From NCBI GenBank assembly GCA_040954595.2, contig CM082594.2:2126247-2190246 (forward strand): a stretch of DNA of 64,000 nt. The letters are read 5' to 3'. This stretch comes from Balanoglossus misakiensis. Its lineage: Eukaryota; Animalia; Hemichordata. Each line of letters begins with the position of its first letter. The first letter of the stretch is position 1. Shown here one piece after another: positions 51,131 through 62,918 of the stretch. The position numbers and the translations under genes were made by a program. The notes beneath the pieces were generated by a model, which worked only from the letters and a program-made list of their open reading frames with translations, had not been told where the DNA came from and searched no databases.

Positions 51131-51704
51131 TAAGTCAGTGATTGCGTGATTGAAATATTTTGTCAGTCTCCATGGGAAATATCTGCGCACCTTCAAAATG
51201 TATACTTTTATTCTGTCATGTTGATAAAAAGTATGCAGATTCCAATTTGCTGTTCTGATAACTATTAGCTATATGCGTGCCTTTATTAATTATAGTCAAC
51301 AAGTTATGGCTAGTTTGGAAATATGAAGTATTTGAGCTCAGTAGCTGCTAAATGTCTGAACGTCAGCTATTCTGACAATCTAGCTCCCCCCCATCCCCCC
51401 CACCTCCCCCACCCCACCCCCCACCCAAACTTCAGCTTATGATTAAAGGGACACTGCGGTAGCTGTAACTGTTGGCTCTATTGACAGTATTTTTGTTCAT
51501 GCACCAAATGCAATATAGTTTTCTACTCCAAGACCCATCCTACCGGTAATATACCGTACGGCACTAAGTACAGCTTTTGAGATTATAGCCTGTAGGTGAC
51601 TGTGTGTAATGGCCACCGAAGCCGAAAAATATAAAACCTGATATCCTGCTTATACTTTCAAACAGATTTTTCATCATAGACTTTTCTTCTATCTCATCAG
51701 CAGA

Positions 51705-51968
51705 ATGTCTGTGAAAAGTTTCCTGAAGTTGAGATTGACAGAGCACCCAGACGGCCCCCCTGACTGTTGGAGATACGTGATCATCATCTGTAATATCGTT
51801 GTGACGTTATTCTGCATTGGTCTGAATTATGGCATGTGGATCTTGATTGAGGGACTGAGAGACTTTTTCAGAGAATATCATGCGGTGAGAGACAAGGTGG
51901 ATACAAAATGGATTGTTTATATCAATATTTTCATGGTTGGTCTCACAGTTATGTTGGTTGCATTCTAG
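51705..51968 (+). other. Isolated SLC16/monocarboxylate-transporter-like N-terminal fragment
   Basis: PDG…W..VII…IGLNYG…LRDFF…TKWI..I..GL resembles MCT TM1-TM2. No further exons were found. Confidence 0.5.
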
Positions 51969-52689
51969 TTTTCTGTCTCTTACCGGTACTTGGTGATTGA
52001 CTGCTCATGCAATGGCCTTACCGGAATCGCCCTTACTGCCGGGAAAAGCTGAACTTTTGGCTACATTAAATTTCAGTATTTTTGTTCTGTGTGCCAAAAT
52101 TGGCAACTATGCAATTTCTTGTTCTATTCCAAACAGCATTCCTACAAAATTAAACCCAGTACTCCACTTGTCAACATAGACTGTATGTGTGTAACTGCCA
52201 TTGTTATTGTTGACAAATGAATTCTAGTCCGGATTAGAATACAAATTTTGCACATTAGCAATCAGCTCACTTTATACTTATAATATATACCGGTAGGTTG
52301 TGTTTTAATAAGTTGGATACTGGGTATTTCATCATGTTTCAGGGATCTGAACAAGAAACTGCAGTATAAACACACACTTAAACATACTGTAGATATAGCC
52401 AAAAGTTGCAGCCAATGAAGGTTTAATTACCACAGCTTTTATTTTGGATCGTATGACACCATGAAATGATATAGGACATTCCAAACGCAATCAGCTCACT
52501 GAAGATCCAACATGAAAAATTAATCACTTTGTTGATAAAATCTCACCTTCAAATGGGTGATGTACAATAGAAATGATGAAATAAAATGACCCTGGAATTC
52601 TGCCGACTTGGCATGAGACATTTTCCTCCAATAAATTAAACACTAATCACTGTTTACATGTAACACAATTCAAGGCTCCTCAACGGAGA

Positions 52690-53070
52690 ATTCAGTTCTG
52701 TTCATTTCAATCACTCTTTATTCATCCCAAAAAGGGGAAGTAAATTGGCGGACAAAAATGGACACAAGAAGTCAATTTATAACAACCAAACCTGTACAAA
52801 ATGAACAGGACTTAAAAAGTCAAGTCACGTTGCATACATGTGAAACCATTCAAAAGTAGAATTCAACAGCCACATGGTGGATGAGATAAAAGAGTTCCTT
52901 TGACGGTTTGTCTTGTAAACCGGACAGCTTACGTTGCTGCCCATTCTCAGAAGGAAGAAATTACATTTTGATTAAGCTACTAGGATCTTCAGTTGCTGTA
53001 ATGCCCTGTCTACACTACGGTTGGCTGCTTCTTTTATTCTACATGTAAGAATTGTCCAATTTCAAGGATT
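52690..53070 (-). mobile_element. Degenerate 3' fragment of an L2/Rex1/CR1-group LINE
   Basis: The minus strand gives …KTNRQRNSFI…LLN, then an AATAAA and a short repeat tail near 52690-52720. Confidence 0.5.
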
Positions 53071-53320
53071 TGTGGATGGATGTAATGTTTTTAAACAAAC
53101 AAACGACTAGACGACTGGTCCAAGCACAATCGAAATCGCATCTTTCAGGGTCTCCGTGAAATGAAATGAATTGAAGTGGCTTCGGGAACTGAACTGGGTT
53201 TTACACAAATGCTGGGCAAATACTGCCATTAACAACCACACTACCTGTTTTTTTTTATTTTGCAGTATGTTTATTTTATTTTTTATAATTATAAGAGGCA
53301 ACCTGAGATGCCGAGTGTTA

Positions 53321-54320
53321 GGGACCGTTCAGATTTTACGGCAGGGCGGAGGGTCGGCAAGTTTGAGTCATCGGTTTTCAAAATCAGGCCGACCCCCCAT
53401 TCACTCAGCACCAAAAAATGATGACCCCCCCCCCCCCCCACGCCGAAAACATTCGCCGTCCTGATCCTATGTACACTATATGCATTATAGGGAATGAGGG
53501 TTCCCACACCTCAATTCTAAATTTCTTAAAGTGATTGAAGTACATAATAGTATATCGTTGCAATAAGAATGAATTATGAATAAATTAGAATGACAAGTCA
53601 ATACAATAGTTGGAAGGCGGTAGGTTTTGAAGCAAAGCGGAAGAAATACGGCTAGGACTAGGCTAGTAGGATTGGTAAAACAAGAAAAGGTGGGGGGTGG
53701 GTGTCCCCCTCCCACACGAGAAAATTTTGTAAAATACGGTGCTCAAAGTTGCATTTGAATGAACTCAAAAGCAAATTAAGTAAATGTTAGGGAGGACAAA
53801 TTTTACTATTGCCAGTCAATGTTAGTGTCGGTGGGGGTGGGAAAGTGCAACGCCTTGGTACGCTAGATGTGGTGAAGAATTAAGGGGTTGGGTGTGGGAG
53901 GGGGTGTCCCCCTCTCTCATAAGAAAATTTTGAAAAATATTGGGCTAAAAGTTGCATTTTTATGAACTCAAAAGCACATTAACTCAATATTGGGGAGGAC
54001 CAATTTTACTTTTGCTACTCCACTCAAAGTACGCATCGGGTGGCAAGTAGTGGGTCCTCGTACACTAGACAAACCAGCCAATAAATGCAATGTGGCGGAG
54101 AATGAAGGGGGTGGGTGTGGGAGGAGGTGTCCCCCTCCCACATGAGAAAATTTTGTAAAATGAAGGGCGCAAAATTTTGTGGACTCAAAACCAAAAGTTC
54201 AGTGGCAAAAGTATGTGACCGCCCCCTAAACGTTTAAAAAAAACAGATGACCCCCCCCCCCCCTTTTGGACTTCAAAATTTAAGTGACCCCCCCCCCCCC
54301 CCTGGATTTTGCCGACCCCC
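53321..54320 (+). mobile_element. Harbinger-type MITE with truncated right end
   Basis: Starts TTA|GGGACCGTTCAG…GGGTCGGCAA; the mirrored TTGCCGACCC at 54309-54318 is cut off by the next element. Confidence 0.65.
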
Positions 54321-54323
54321 CTC

Positions 54324-56547
54324 GAGTGTTTCGAGGAGATATTAGAGAGGTTTAGTTACACGTAAATACGTTTGATCAGTACGCGTAGCGTCATTGTCAC
54401 ATGATAAGCAGACGTCGCGTACGCGTAGAACAGAAGTTCGGAACGGCAAGCGACGCTTCTATGCGTAATCATGATTACGTGTAACTTTTTTCGGAATTTC
54501 TCGATATTCTCTTTTTAATTTGAGCGATTGATCTCTATAGTGCAATTGTGATATAGCCAGCATCCATGCTATCTAAAAAAATTCTGCCATATGTGCTAAA
54601 ACCGGCGCTATTTGGTGTTTTCAAAACATAAACACAAAAATTTATTCCCAAACTACGTTTTCAGTGGACGCCTCGACAAAGGCATCGGAAAACTTCACTA
54701 AACTATCTTTCCACTGCAGTCAAGAAACTCATTGCAAGGGTGGTGATCTTAGAGAATATTCATCACACACAAAATTTATTGAAGTGAAAAATATTTGAAT
54801 TTTCTATTGTTTTTAGGTCCCATTGGTAAAGGCATATATACCATGGGACCTTATGGGATCGGTTGCGTCTGTATGTATGTATGGATGTATGTATGGATGT
54901 ATGTCTGTATGTCCGACCACATCAAAAACTTGAAAACCGCTGCGCGTATCACCTCAATATTTGGTGTGTAGGTGCAGGCTGGGCTGTAGATGGGAGTTTG
55001 TCCAAACGAAGTTGCCAGGCCCAAAAATATGCAAATTAGCTGGAAAAATGTGAAATTTATCAAAACTCTGAAAGTCAACAACTACTCATCAGATTGCTTT
55101 CAAAATTGGTATGCATGTACCTTATGTCAACCTCACATTGACCTGTAAGTGTTAAGTTAATATCATGGATGTTTTATTTTTTATGAATTTTTTAGTCTTT
55201 TTATTAAATTTATACCTTTACTTATACCTCTATGGTTAAGCTATGTCCACGTCTTATTGTGGAATTCTGGTCTGTGCAATAGTCCTGTACAGTGACTGTC
55301 TATTGGTCAGTGAGCACAATGGGGCCAAAATAAAAGGCAAAATTTTGGGCTCACCTGTAACACCTGCTTAACACATTAATTATGTGCATACCTAATTCCG
55401 GGCTAACTAATAGGGCTAGAGGTTTCGTTCTTGTGGGACATGGACCAGTATAGGGTCAAAATTTCTTGCCCAAATTTTGGGTGACCTCAGGTGACCTTTG
55501 ACCTACTTTCCTATATCTCGGCATCCAGAGCAGGTACAGACTTGGCGTTTGGAGGGTTGGGACTAAAATTGAAAAGCCAAAATATTGGTCACCTGTGACA
55601 CCTGCATATCTCATTTATTATGTGCATACCTAATTCCAGGCTAACCAATAGGGCTATAGGTTTGGTTTTTGTTGAACATGGACCAGTATAGGGTCAAAAT
55701 TTCTTGCCCAAATTTTGCATGACTTCAGGTGACCTTTGACCTACTTTACCATTTCTTGGCATCCAGAGCAGGTACAGACTTGGCGTTCGGAGGGTTGGGA
55801 CTAAAATTGAAAAGCCAAAATTGGGGGGTCACCTGTGACACCTGCATATCTCATTAATTATGTGCATACCTAATTCAAGGCTAACCAATAGGGCTATTGG
55901 TTTGGTTTTTGTTGAACATAGACCAGTATAAGGTCAAAATTTCTTGCCCAAATTTTGCATGACCTCAGGTGACCTTTGACCTACTTTATCATATCTTGGC
56001 ATCCAGAGCAGGTACAGACTTGGCGTTTGGAGGGTTGGGACTAAAATTGAAAAGCCAAAATTTGGGGTCATCTGTGACACCTGCATATCTCATTTATTAT
56101 GTGCATACCTAATTCCAGGCTAACCAATAGGGCTATAGGTTTGGTTTTTGTTGAACATGGACCAGTATAGGGTCAAAATTTCTTGCCCAAATTTTGCATA
56201 ACCTCAGGTGACCTTTGACATACTTTTCCATATCTTGGCATCCAGAGCAGATATGCTTATTGCTATATTGCTATGTGCTATGTTGGCTTGGGCCCGATAT
56301 TGCTGTTTGCAGATCTGCTTGCAATGTCACCTGTAATTTTTATTCTGGTGTGTCACTGTTTCCGCATAATCCTCAAATGGGACCACAGTGTCCTTGACGC
56401 TATTTTTAACTGTTGTAGTTATTCAAAACGTACAACTAAACCGCAAAATTCACGCGTCGCTACGCATACGCGAACGCCACTGCCTGCCGTCAGACGTAAG
56501 CGTATTTACGTGTAACTAAACCTCTCTAATATCTCCTCGAAACACTC
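54324..56547. mobile_element. TIR element with perfect 47-bp inverted repeats
   Basis: GAGTGTTTCGAGGAGATATTAGAGAGGTTTAGTTACACGTAAATACG (54324-54370) and its exact reverse complement (56501-56547); no TSD. Confidence 0.88.
54812..56340 (+). mobile_element. Helentron-like (HINE) element with GTAT microsatellite and ~240-bp satellite x4
   Basis: 5' hairpin AGGTCCCATTGGTA…TACCATGGGACCT; (GTAT)n at 54868-54912; units at ~55350, 55588, 55827 and 56066; GCTTGGGCCC near 56286. Confidence 0.75.
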
Positions 56548-56548
56548 A

Positions 56549-57147
56549 ACGCCCCCCCCCCCATTTTCTTTCACAGAGCAAAACACATCACCTATCTATC
56601 TTGTAAAAAAGAAAAACAGCCCTCCCATGAAAAGAATTTGAAACTGATGTTTCCCCTCAACAGTGGGTATTAAAACTGAACATTGTATTTTTTTTTTAAG
56701 TATTTGTATTCTGTGTTGGGAGACATTGTAAACCGAGAATTGAAGGGGGTGGGTTTGGGAGGGGGTGACCCCTTCCCATGTAAGAAAATTTTATAAAATA
56801 CAGAGCTCAAAGCTGCATTTTAATGAACCCGGCAAAAGCAAATTAACTGAACTACCGCTATGTTGGGGACGACGAATTTAACCGATTGAAAGGTGTCGAT
56901 GGATGGAGGGGGTGGTTGTGGGAGGGGTGTCCCCCTCCCACATTAGAAAATTTTGTAAAATAAAGGGCGCGAAACTGCATTTTTGTGGACTCAAAATAAA
57001 TATTTAGTCGTCAAAGTTTTCAAGTACCCCCCCTTTCAGTCCCTAAATTATTTCAAATCCCCCCTTACATAACCTCAATTTTGTCAAATCCCCCCCCCTC
57101 TCAATCTCTCGCCCCCCCCCCCTCCAGCGGTGTTTGTGAATGCAGCC
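56549..57147 (-). mobile_element. PIF/Harbinger-type MITE, copy 3 (inverted, truncated)
   Basis: Reverse complement of part of 35987-36786; only one TIR remains (TTTGTGAATGCAGCC|TAA). Confidence 0.85.
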
Positions 57148-57254
57148 TAATAGACTCCATTTCAAGCCTTGACCACGCACGTATCCATACGCACTGATCA
57201 AAACTCGATCGTGTGATAGTTCAATTAGATTTAAATATCGTTAATTAATTAATT

Positions 57255-57425
57255 AGGGCCCAAGCCAAGCCAGGCTTGGGCCCTTTTGGTTTCGTTGGAA
57301 TTTTTAGGGCACAAGCCCAGCAGGCTTGTGCCCTATTGGTATTACTAGAGTTTTTAGGGCCCAAGCGCATGCAGCGCTTGGGCCCTATTGGTATTATCCT
57401 GGTTTTTAGGGCCCAAGCCAAGCAG
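57255..57425 (+). repeat. Array of four palindromic Helentron-type 5' ends (~51-bp period)
   Basis: Three complete hairpins AGGGC(C/A)CAAGC…GCTTG(G/T)GCCCT and one truncated, each preceded by a T-containing flank. Confidence 0.8.
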
Positions 57426-58186
57426 TCCTCCCTAACATTTACTTAGTTTGCTTTTGAGTTCATTCAAATGCAACTTTGAGCACCGTATTTTACAAAATTT
57501 TCCCGTGTGGGAGGGGGACACCCACCCCCCCCCCACCCCCACTTTTCTTGTTTTACCAATCCTACTAGCCTAGTCCTAGCCGTATTTTGTCCGCTTTGCT
57601 TCAAAAACTACCGCCTGCCAACTATTGTATTGACTTGTCATTCTAATTTATTCATAATTCATTCTTATTGCAACGATATACTATTATGTACTTCAATCAC
57701 TTTAAGAAATTTAGAATTGAGGTGTGGGAACCCTCATTCCCTATAATGCATATAGTGTACATAGGATCAGGACGGCGAAAATCGATGGTGTTCGTCTTTT
57801 TCTAATTACGATTAAAAGAAATATACATTTATCTGTGCGTGCAGATAACTGTCGGTCCAATATTTAAAGGCCAGCGACGAATGGGTGAGTGGCGATGCGT
57901 TTGTTTATTTATATATTTCTGGTATTTGCAACGATATACTATTATGTACTTCAATCACTTTAAGAAATTTAGAATTGAGGTGTGGGAACCCTCATTCCCT
58001 ATAATGCATATAGTGTACATAGGATCAGGACGGCGAAAATCGATGATGTTCGTCTTTTTCTAATTACGATTAAAAGAAATATACATTTATCTGTGCGTGC
58101 AGATAACTGTCGGTCCAATATTTAAAGGCCAGCGACGAATGGGTGAGTGGCGATGCGTTTGTTTATTTATATATTTCTGGTATTTG
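57425..58186. repeat. Inverted copy of 53453-53797 followed by a 258-bp tandem duplication
   Basis: 57425-57779 is the reverse complement of 53453-53797; TTGCAACGATATAC recurs at 57668 and 57926. Confidence 0.88.
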
Positions 58187-58466
58187 TCTGAAAATCACCT
58201 CAAGCCGACAAATTGCATGATTTCCCTGTCTTTACATTTTCCATATGGTAATGTTCTGGGGTATGCGATTTTCCAAACAAGAACCAATCACCAATCAGAG
58301 TTATTTCAGCTTGTTCCATCAAAATAGAACCAATTGCGAAAATAGCATGACGAGCACCTGAATACCTTTTCGAGTTATTCGAGGCCCGCCGTTGTACGAC
58401 CAGCGAAATGTATAGCTATAAACTGAGGCAATTCTGATGGCAGTTTCAAATAACACACTTTACCAA

Positions 58467-58549
58467 TCTCTCTCTCTCTCTCTCTCGCTGTCGCTCCCCC
58501 CCCTCTCTCTCTCTCTTTCTCACTCTCTCTCTCTCTCTCTCTCGTTCTC

Positions 58550-58617
<68 letters not shown>

Positions 58618-58697
58618 CCTCTTTCTCTCTTTCTCTCTCTCTCTCACTCTCTTTCTCGCTCTCTCTTTCTCTTTCTCTCTTTCTCTCTCTCTCTCTA
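58467..58697. repeat. (CT)n microsatellite
   Basis: ~230 bp imperfect CT/CTTT tract. Confidence 0.97.
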
Positions 58698-58749
58698 CAT
58701 AAAATTTGGTGCATTTTTACAAGGTTCTTGTTTTCTCTTTTTTTCAAAG

Positions 58750-60319
58750 AGATACTTGAAGGGCTTCAAGAATTGGATGACATTTCCAAACGGAAAGTGG
58801 ATACCTTGCATCATTTCACTGTAAGTTTACTCTGAAGTTTTGTCACTTTCACAGCCAACATTTGGTTCAGTTCCAAAGCTTGAATTACTCGGGCTTTGCT
58901 TTAAGACCTGTGCAAGTTTCACTTGGGAGTCATAAAATCAACAACAGCACCAACCAGAGTTTCTCAGGATTTTCATATTATAGGAAATTAGGAATACTGC
59001 AAGTGAAATTGATTGCGCCCCAACGTTGGCATCCAGTTCAATTTGATCTTGATTTTGAATGCCAATAATGATATAAATTTTCTGGGTTTTTTGATGACAG
59101 ACTGAGTTGATGCAGCTCATGAGTGATGGTTACAGTCAATGCAGTAGTAAAGCATATACATTAATAATGAGACATATCAGACAAAAACCCAGGTATGTAG
59201 ACATAAAAGTTCCATTAGCTCTTACTTTGGGCTTGTCTTTCGTTATATATTTGTTTATATAAATCTGGAATGTCCTGTTTAACTTATTAAAATATTCATT
59301 ATGCAGTTGTTACATATGATATACATGTAAGTTGCGCGTAAAAATTACCGTACAATAAAATGTGGCTGTCGAACATTGGCCCCAACTTAACGACAATACA
59401 CAATACGATAGAATTTTTACTCATTGACTTTCTGGCCTGATTTTCGCATTGTCTTGGAAGGGCATATGAAAAAGGCATATCGATTATTGGTACTCCACTT
59501 ATCAGACTTTCTACTGTTTGTCAACAGCATGTCAAGGAACTCCTGCCAGCCATCATTGATTGTCTGGATAGCAGTGACCAGAGTGTCGTCAATGTGGCTC
59601 TCCAACATCTACCTGAGTTTGCTCTGTTGTGCCAAGGTGAGGCCTATTATGATAGTCTGAATTAAGTTCCTAATAGCATTAAAATGGGCCATCCCAAGCA
59701 GAAAGCAGTCTTATGGGAGCGCGATACTTATGACCATAAGACCCCTTTCTGCTTGGGATGGTCCAGATGTTCCTGTTCTGAACCACTCTTGTGCTCACAG
59801 AAAGTGTCAGAATTGAACCATTATGGCTGCCATTGGCCAACGTATCAAGCATTCTGATCAGTACCGTAAATAGAGACTTCTTTTGCAAGATTAATCAAAG
59901 TTTCATATAACGAAGAATTTACATCATAAATGTAAAATGAATGTGAAACTAGTCTGTCATTTGAAATGTGTCATAAATTTGCACTGTTTTGATAGCAGTG
60001 ATCATCTTGACTTTCACATCATGCAACCAGAATCTTGATCAAATGAATTTTGCATACCTGGAATTTATATACTTGTTAGCACACTACAGCCAATGGTAGA
60101 ATAGACAGTGTTGTGGTCAATAATTACAATTTTGAGTGTAAGTGGATATCTTGTCAATGCAGATCATCTGGACTTTTGTTTTGTTTCCTTTCAGAGTATG
60201 CAAATGTTTTACTGCAGAAAGCATTCATCGTTGGAATTAACACCAAGCTTGACACGGCACCCATCATAGCAGAGACTCTACAACTGTTGAATATGGAATC
60301 AGTCACAGTATATTCATAA
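58750..60319 (+). pseudogene. INTS1: INTS1 last four exons, copy 2 (58750-58820, 59101-59192, 59528-59636, 60195-60319)
   Basis: Includes the exon HVKELLPAIIDCLDSSDQSVVNVALQHLPEFALLCQ that copy 1 lacks. No upstream exons; 1-nt phase mismatch at the 59192/59528 join. Confidence 0.88.
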
Positions 60320-60970
60320 AGTAAACCCTCTTACATGGACTTTAATAGTAGCGGGGAAAAATATCTCTCAGATCTTGTCGTTTTTCATTTTATATAAACA
60401 CTACTACACACAGCAGTTCTTCATAGAAATAGAGCCTTTTTTTGCTTTTTGTTATGGCCCCCTCATACATGTCCACACCATCAGGTCATAGGTCAACTGA
60501 CATCTGAGGCTCAGTAATGGATTTTTCTCTATTCTAACTCCTCTGTGCGTATTGAATTTTGAAAGAAAAAATGACATTTCACTGATTGATATTGACACTG
60601 ATACGGAGAGATCATTGCTGATTTAAGTATTCACAGCGAGATTAAGAATAAAGAGCATTTATAAGACACCATTGTGTGATTCGATCTTCTGTTTTAATCT
60701 GTTACTCCCATGTTGATTCTTGGTGAGGCGGACGTTGAAAAGGCAGTCAAGTTTACCGTTGTTCCTCGCATGATGGCAGTATATACTGACCGGTGGATGC
60801 TGATGTTGGAGGACAGTTACCCGTTGGTGACAGAAAACTGCTACCGCCGGTACTGTCCGCACACTTCGCACTCAGTACAACGGCGCCATTGTTGAAATAA
60901 TTGTATCTGGGATAATTTCTGTGAATTCTGGTAAAATTGGATTATCAAATCGTTTTCAACTTCTGTGGGC

Positions 60971-61210
60971 CTTTATTCCCTTTGAATAACACAGTGTTCA
61001 ACATTGACATTATTTTGGACTCTGACCATTCCTGATTAGTAGCGCTCCTACACGTCAAGTGAAATGAATTCTTTAAGGCGTTAACATTTATACTTTATTC
61101 CCTTTGAATAACACAGTGTTCAACATTGACATTATTTTGGACTCTGACCATTCCTGATTAGTAGCGCTCCTACACGTCAAGTGAAATGAATTCTTTAAGG
61201 CGTTAACATT
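60971..61210. repeat. ~122-bp tandem duplication
   Basis: CTTTATTCCCTTTGAATAACAC…GGCGTTAACATT occurs twice. Confidence 0.9.
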
Positions 61211-61458
61211 GAAGTGCTGAATACTATAGTAGATGATTTTCCTCTCATTGCGAGATCTCGCGAGACTAGGTTGTGTTCCGTAGCAACTTGCCAAGTAATA
61301 CAAGTCAAGCTTTGTATGAAATTATAATAGGTGCCGAGTTTAACAAAAATGTAACTTTTGTGCCGCGTTTTGTTTGTGTTGTCACATGAGAATGCCCTCC
61401 CGTACAAACTTCTTATCCAGGCGAGATCTCTCTTGGAGTTCTAAAAATTGTCTCAGTA

Positions 61459-62918
61459 TTAGACTTCGAGATGCTCTAAATACTCCAGATTCTGTTCTGG
61501 ATGATAGTACTTGCAGTAATAGTTGTCGGTATCGTCAATACGTCTGTAGGAACAATATTCAGCATTTGCCAAAAATGTGACGTTTCCCTCTGGATGCCAG
61601 CGTATAAACATGGAAAGTTTCTCTGGGCACACCTATTGAAGAAAATAATGAATTGTCAGTCGCACTTTTCTTGTCCTGTATACGAGAATTAATTTTTTAA
61701 TTTAATAGCAAAACAAACCACATTCCGAAAAGTGGCGGATAATGGTTCGGGGTCGTAATTAGAGAATTGTTCGCAAAAATATCAAGCTGATAGAACTGGA
61801 AATTGTATGCAAAACTAGTATGGCATGTACGCCCATTCTTCCTTTTTTGAAGCCAAAATCCAATTTCTGACTTTGATATGAAATCAACACCCGGAGAGAA
61901 TTGGAATAATGTTAACCTGATTATATTGACTATTTAGACAGATACCAAAAGTCTCTCTCTCGCTGCCCTTTACCCATGATTAATTATGTTTGATACAAGG
62001 CAACGTTTATGTTATTCTACATGTGGATATATACTAGTAGTAGAGACCGTTTTGGTGAGTTTTTCACACTCGTGTCTACAAGTGGAATGGAAGCTGTGTG
62101 TAGTCGAACGTTGATTCACTATATATCCACATGTAGAATAACATAAACAGTGTCTTGTAGAAACAAACAAACGGGAAAATGGGCAAGAGAGCGACTTTGT
62201 CCCTTTAATATTCTCTTCAAACTTACATCAAGGTCGTAGCACGTTTCGACGAGTCTGTTGTTAACGTACATGTGAAGTGTGCAATTCATGCAGCCTCTAA
62301 CCAGTTCGTCATCGGATATCATGGAACCCTGCAGTGAAATGAAGCAATGGAATAAAGAAGTAAATACAGAGTGAAGAGAGAGGAAAAGTTAATTTAAACA
62401 GGTTATATCGCATGCACGAAGGTGTTTGTATCGATGCGATATTGACCACCTCGCCTTTCAAGTATCAGACATACAATCTCTAACATTATACACTTGTCTA
62501 GTTACTATGCACTCGTCTTCGATTACTCCACCACACTCGTTAGGAATGCTTGGGAAAATATTATCCATAATTGTGTTTTTAAGATCTTATTTTGCTTTAC
62601 CAGGCTTGTCAGTGTGTCCAACTTGTCAATCACAATGTCCACGGCTCGGAATGTATTTGTTGGTCCGATGTAACTGCCGACAACTTTCAAAAACCTGGTC
62701 GTGTGAATCGGATCCTCATTTTCCAATATGTCGGGTAGCATCATGATCTCGTCGAAACACTCCACGCCGTGCGTTAAGACAATATCGTATACGGCGTCGT
62801 TGTAAGCCATGATTTGGGCAGAGGAACAAACCCATGGCTGAGAACGGAATGGATGCCCGGCTTCGAGGCCACGATACACGATGACCAGAAGAGCAGATAC
62901 GACAAACAGCAACCTCAT
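61459..62918 (-). pseudogene. Secreted Cys-containing protein gene, copy 2 (coding exon from 62918; exons 62227-62328 and 61459-61632)
   Basis: Last two exons are open (GSMISDDELVRGCMNCTLHMY…CYDLD|VCPEKLSMFIRWHPEGNVTFLANAEYCSYRRIDDTDNYYCKYYHPEQNLEYLEHLEV*); apparent frameshift near 62576-62582 and a deletion in the first coding exon. Confidence 0.7.

Noticed and set aside
57255-57425. Mini CRISPR array
   Set aside because: Eukaryotic context, related spacers, and the palindromes match Helentron-type termini elsewhere in the window.
58375-58835. RE-rich and SL-rich ORFs
   Set aside because: They are translations of the (CT)n microsatellite.
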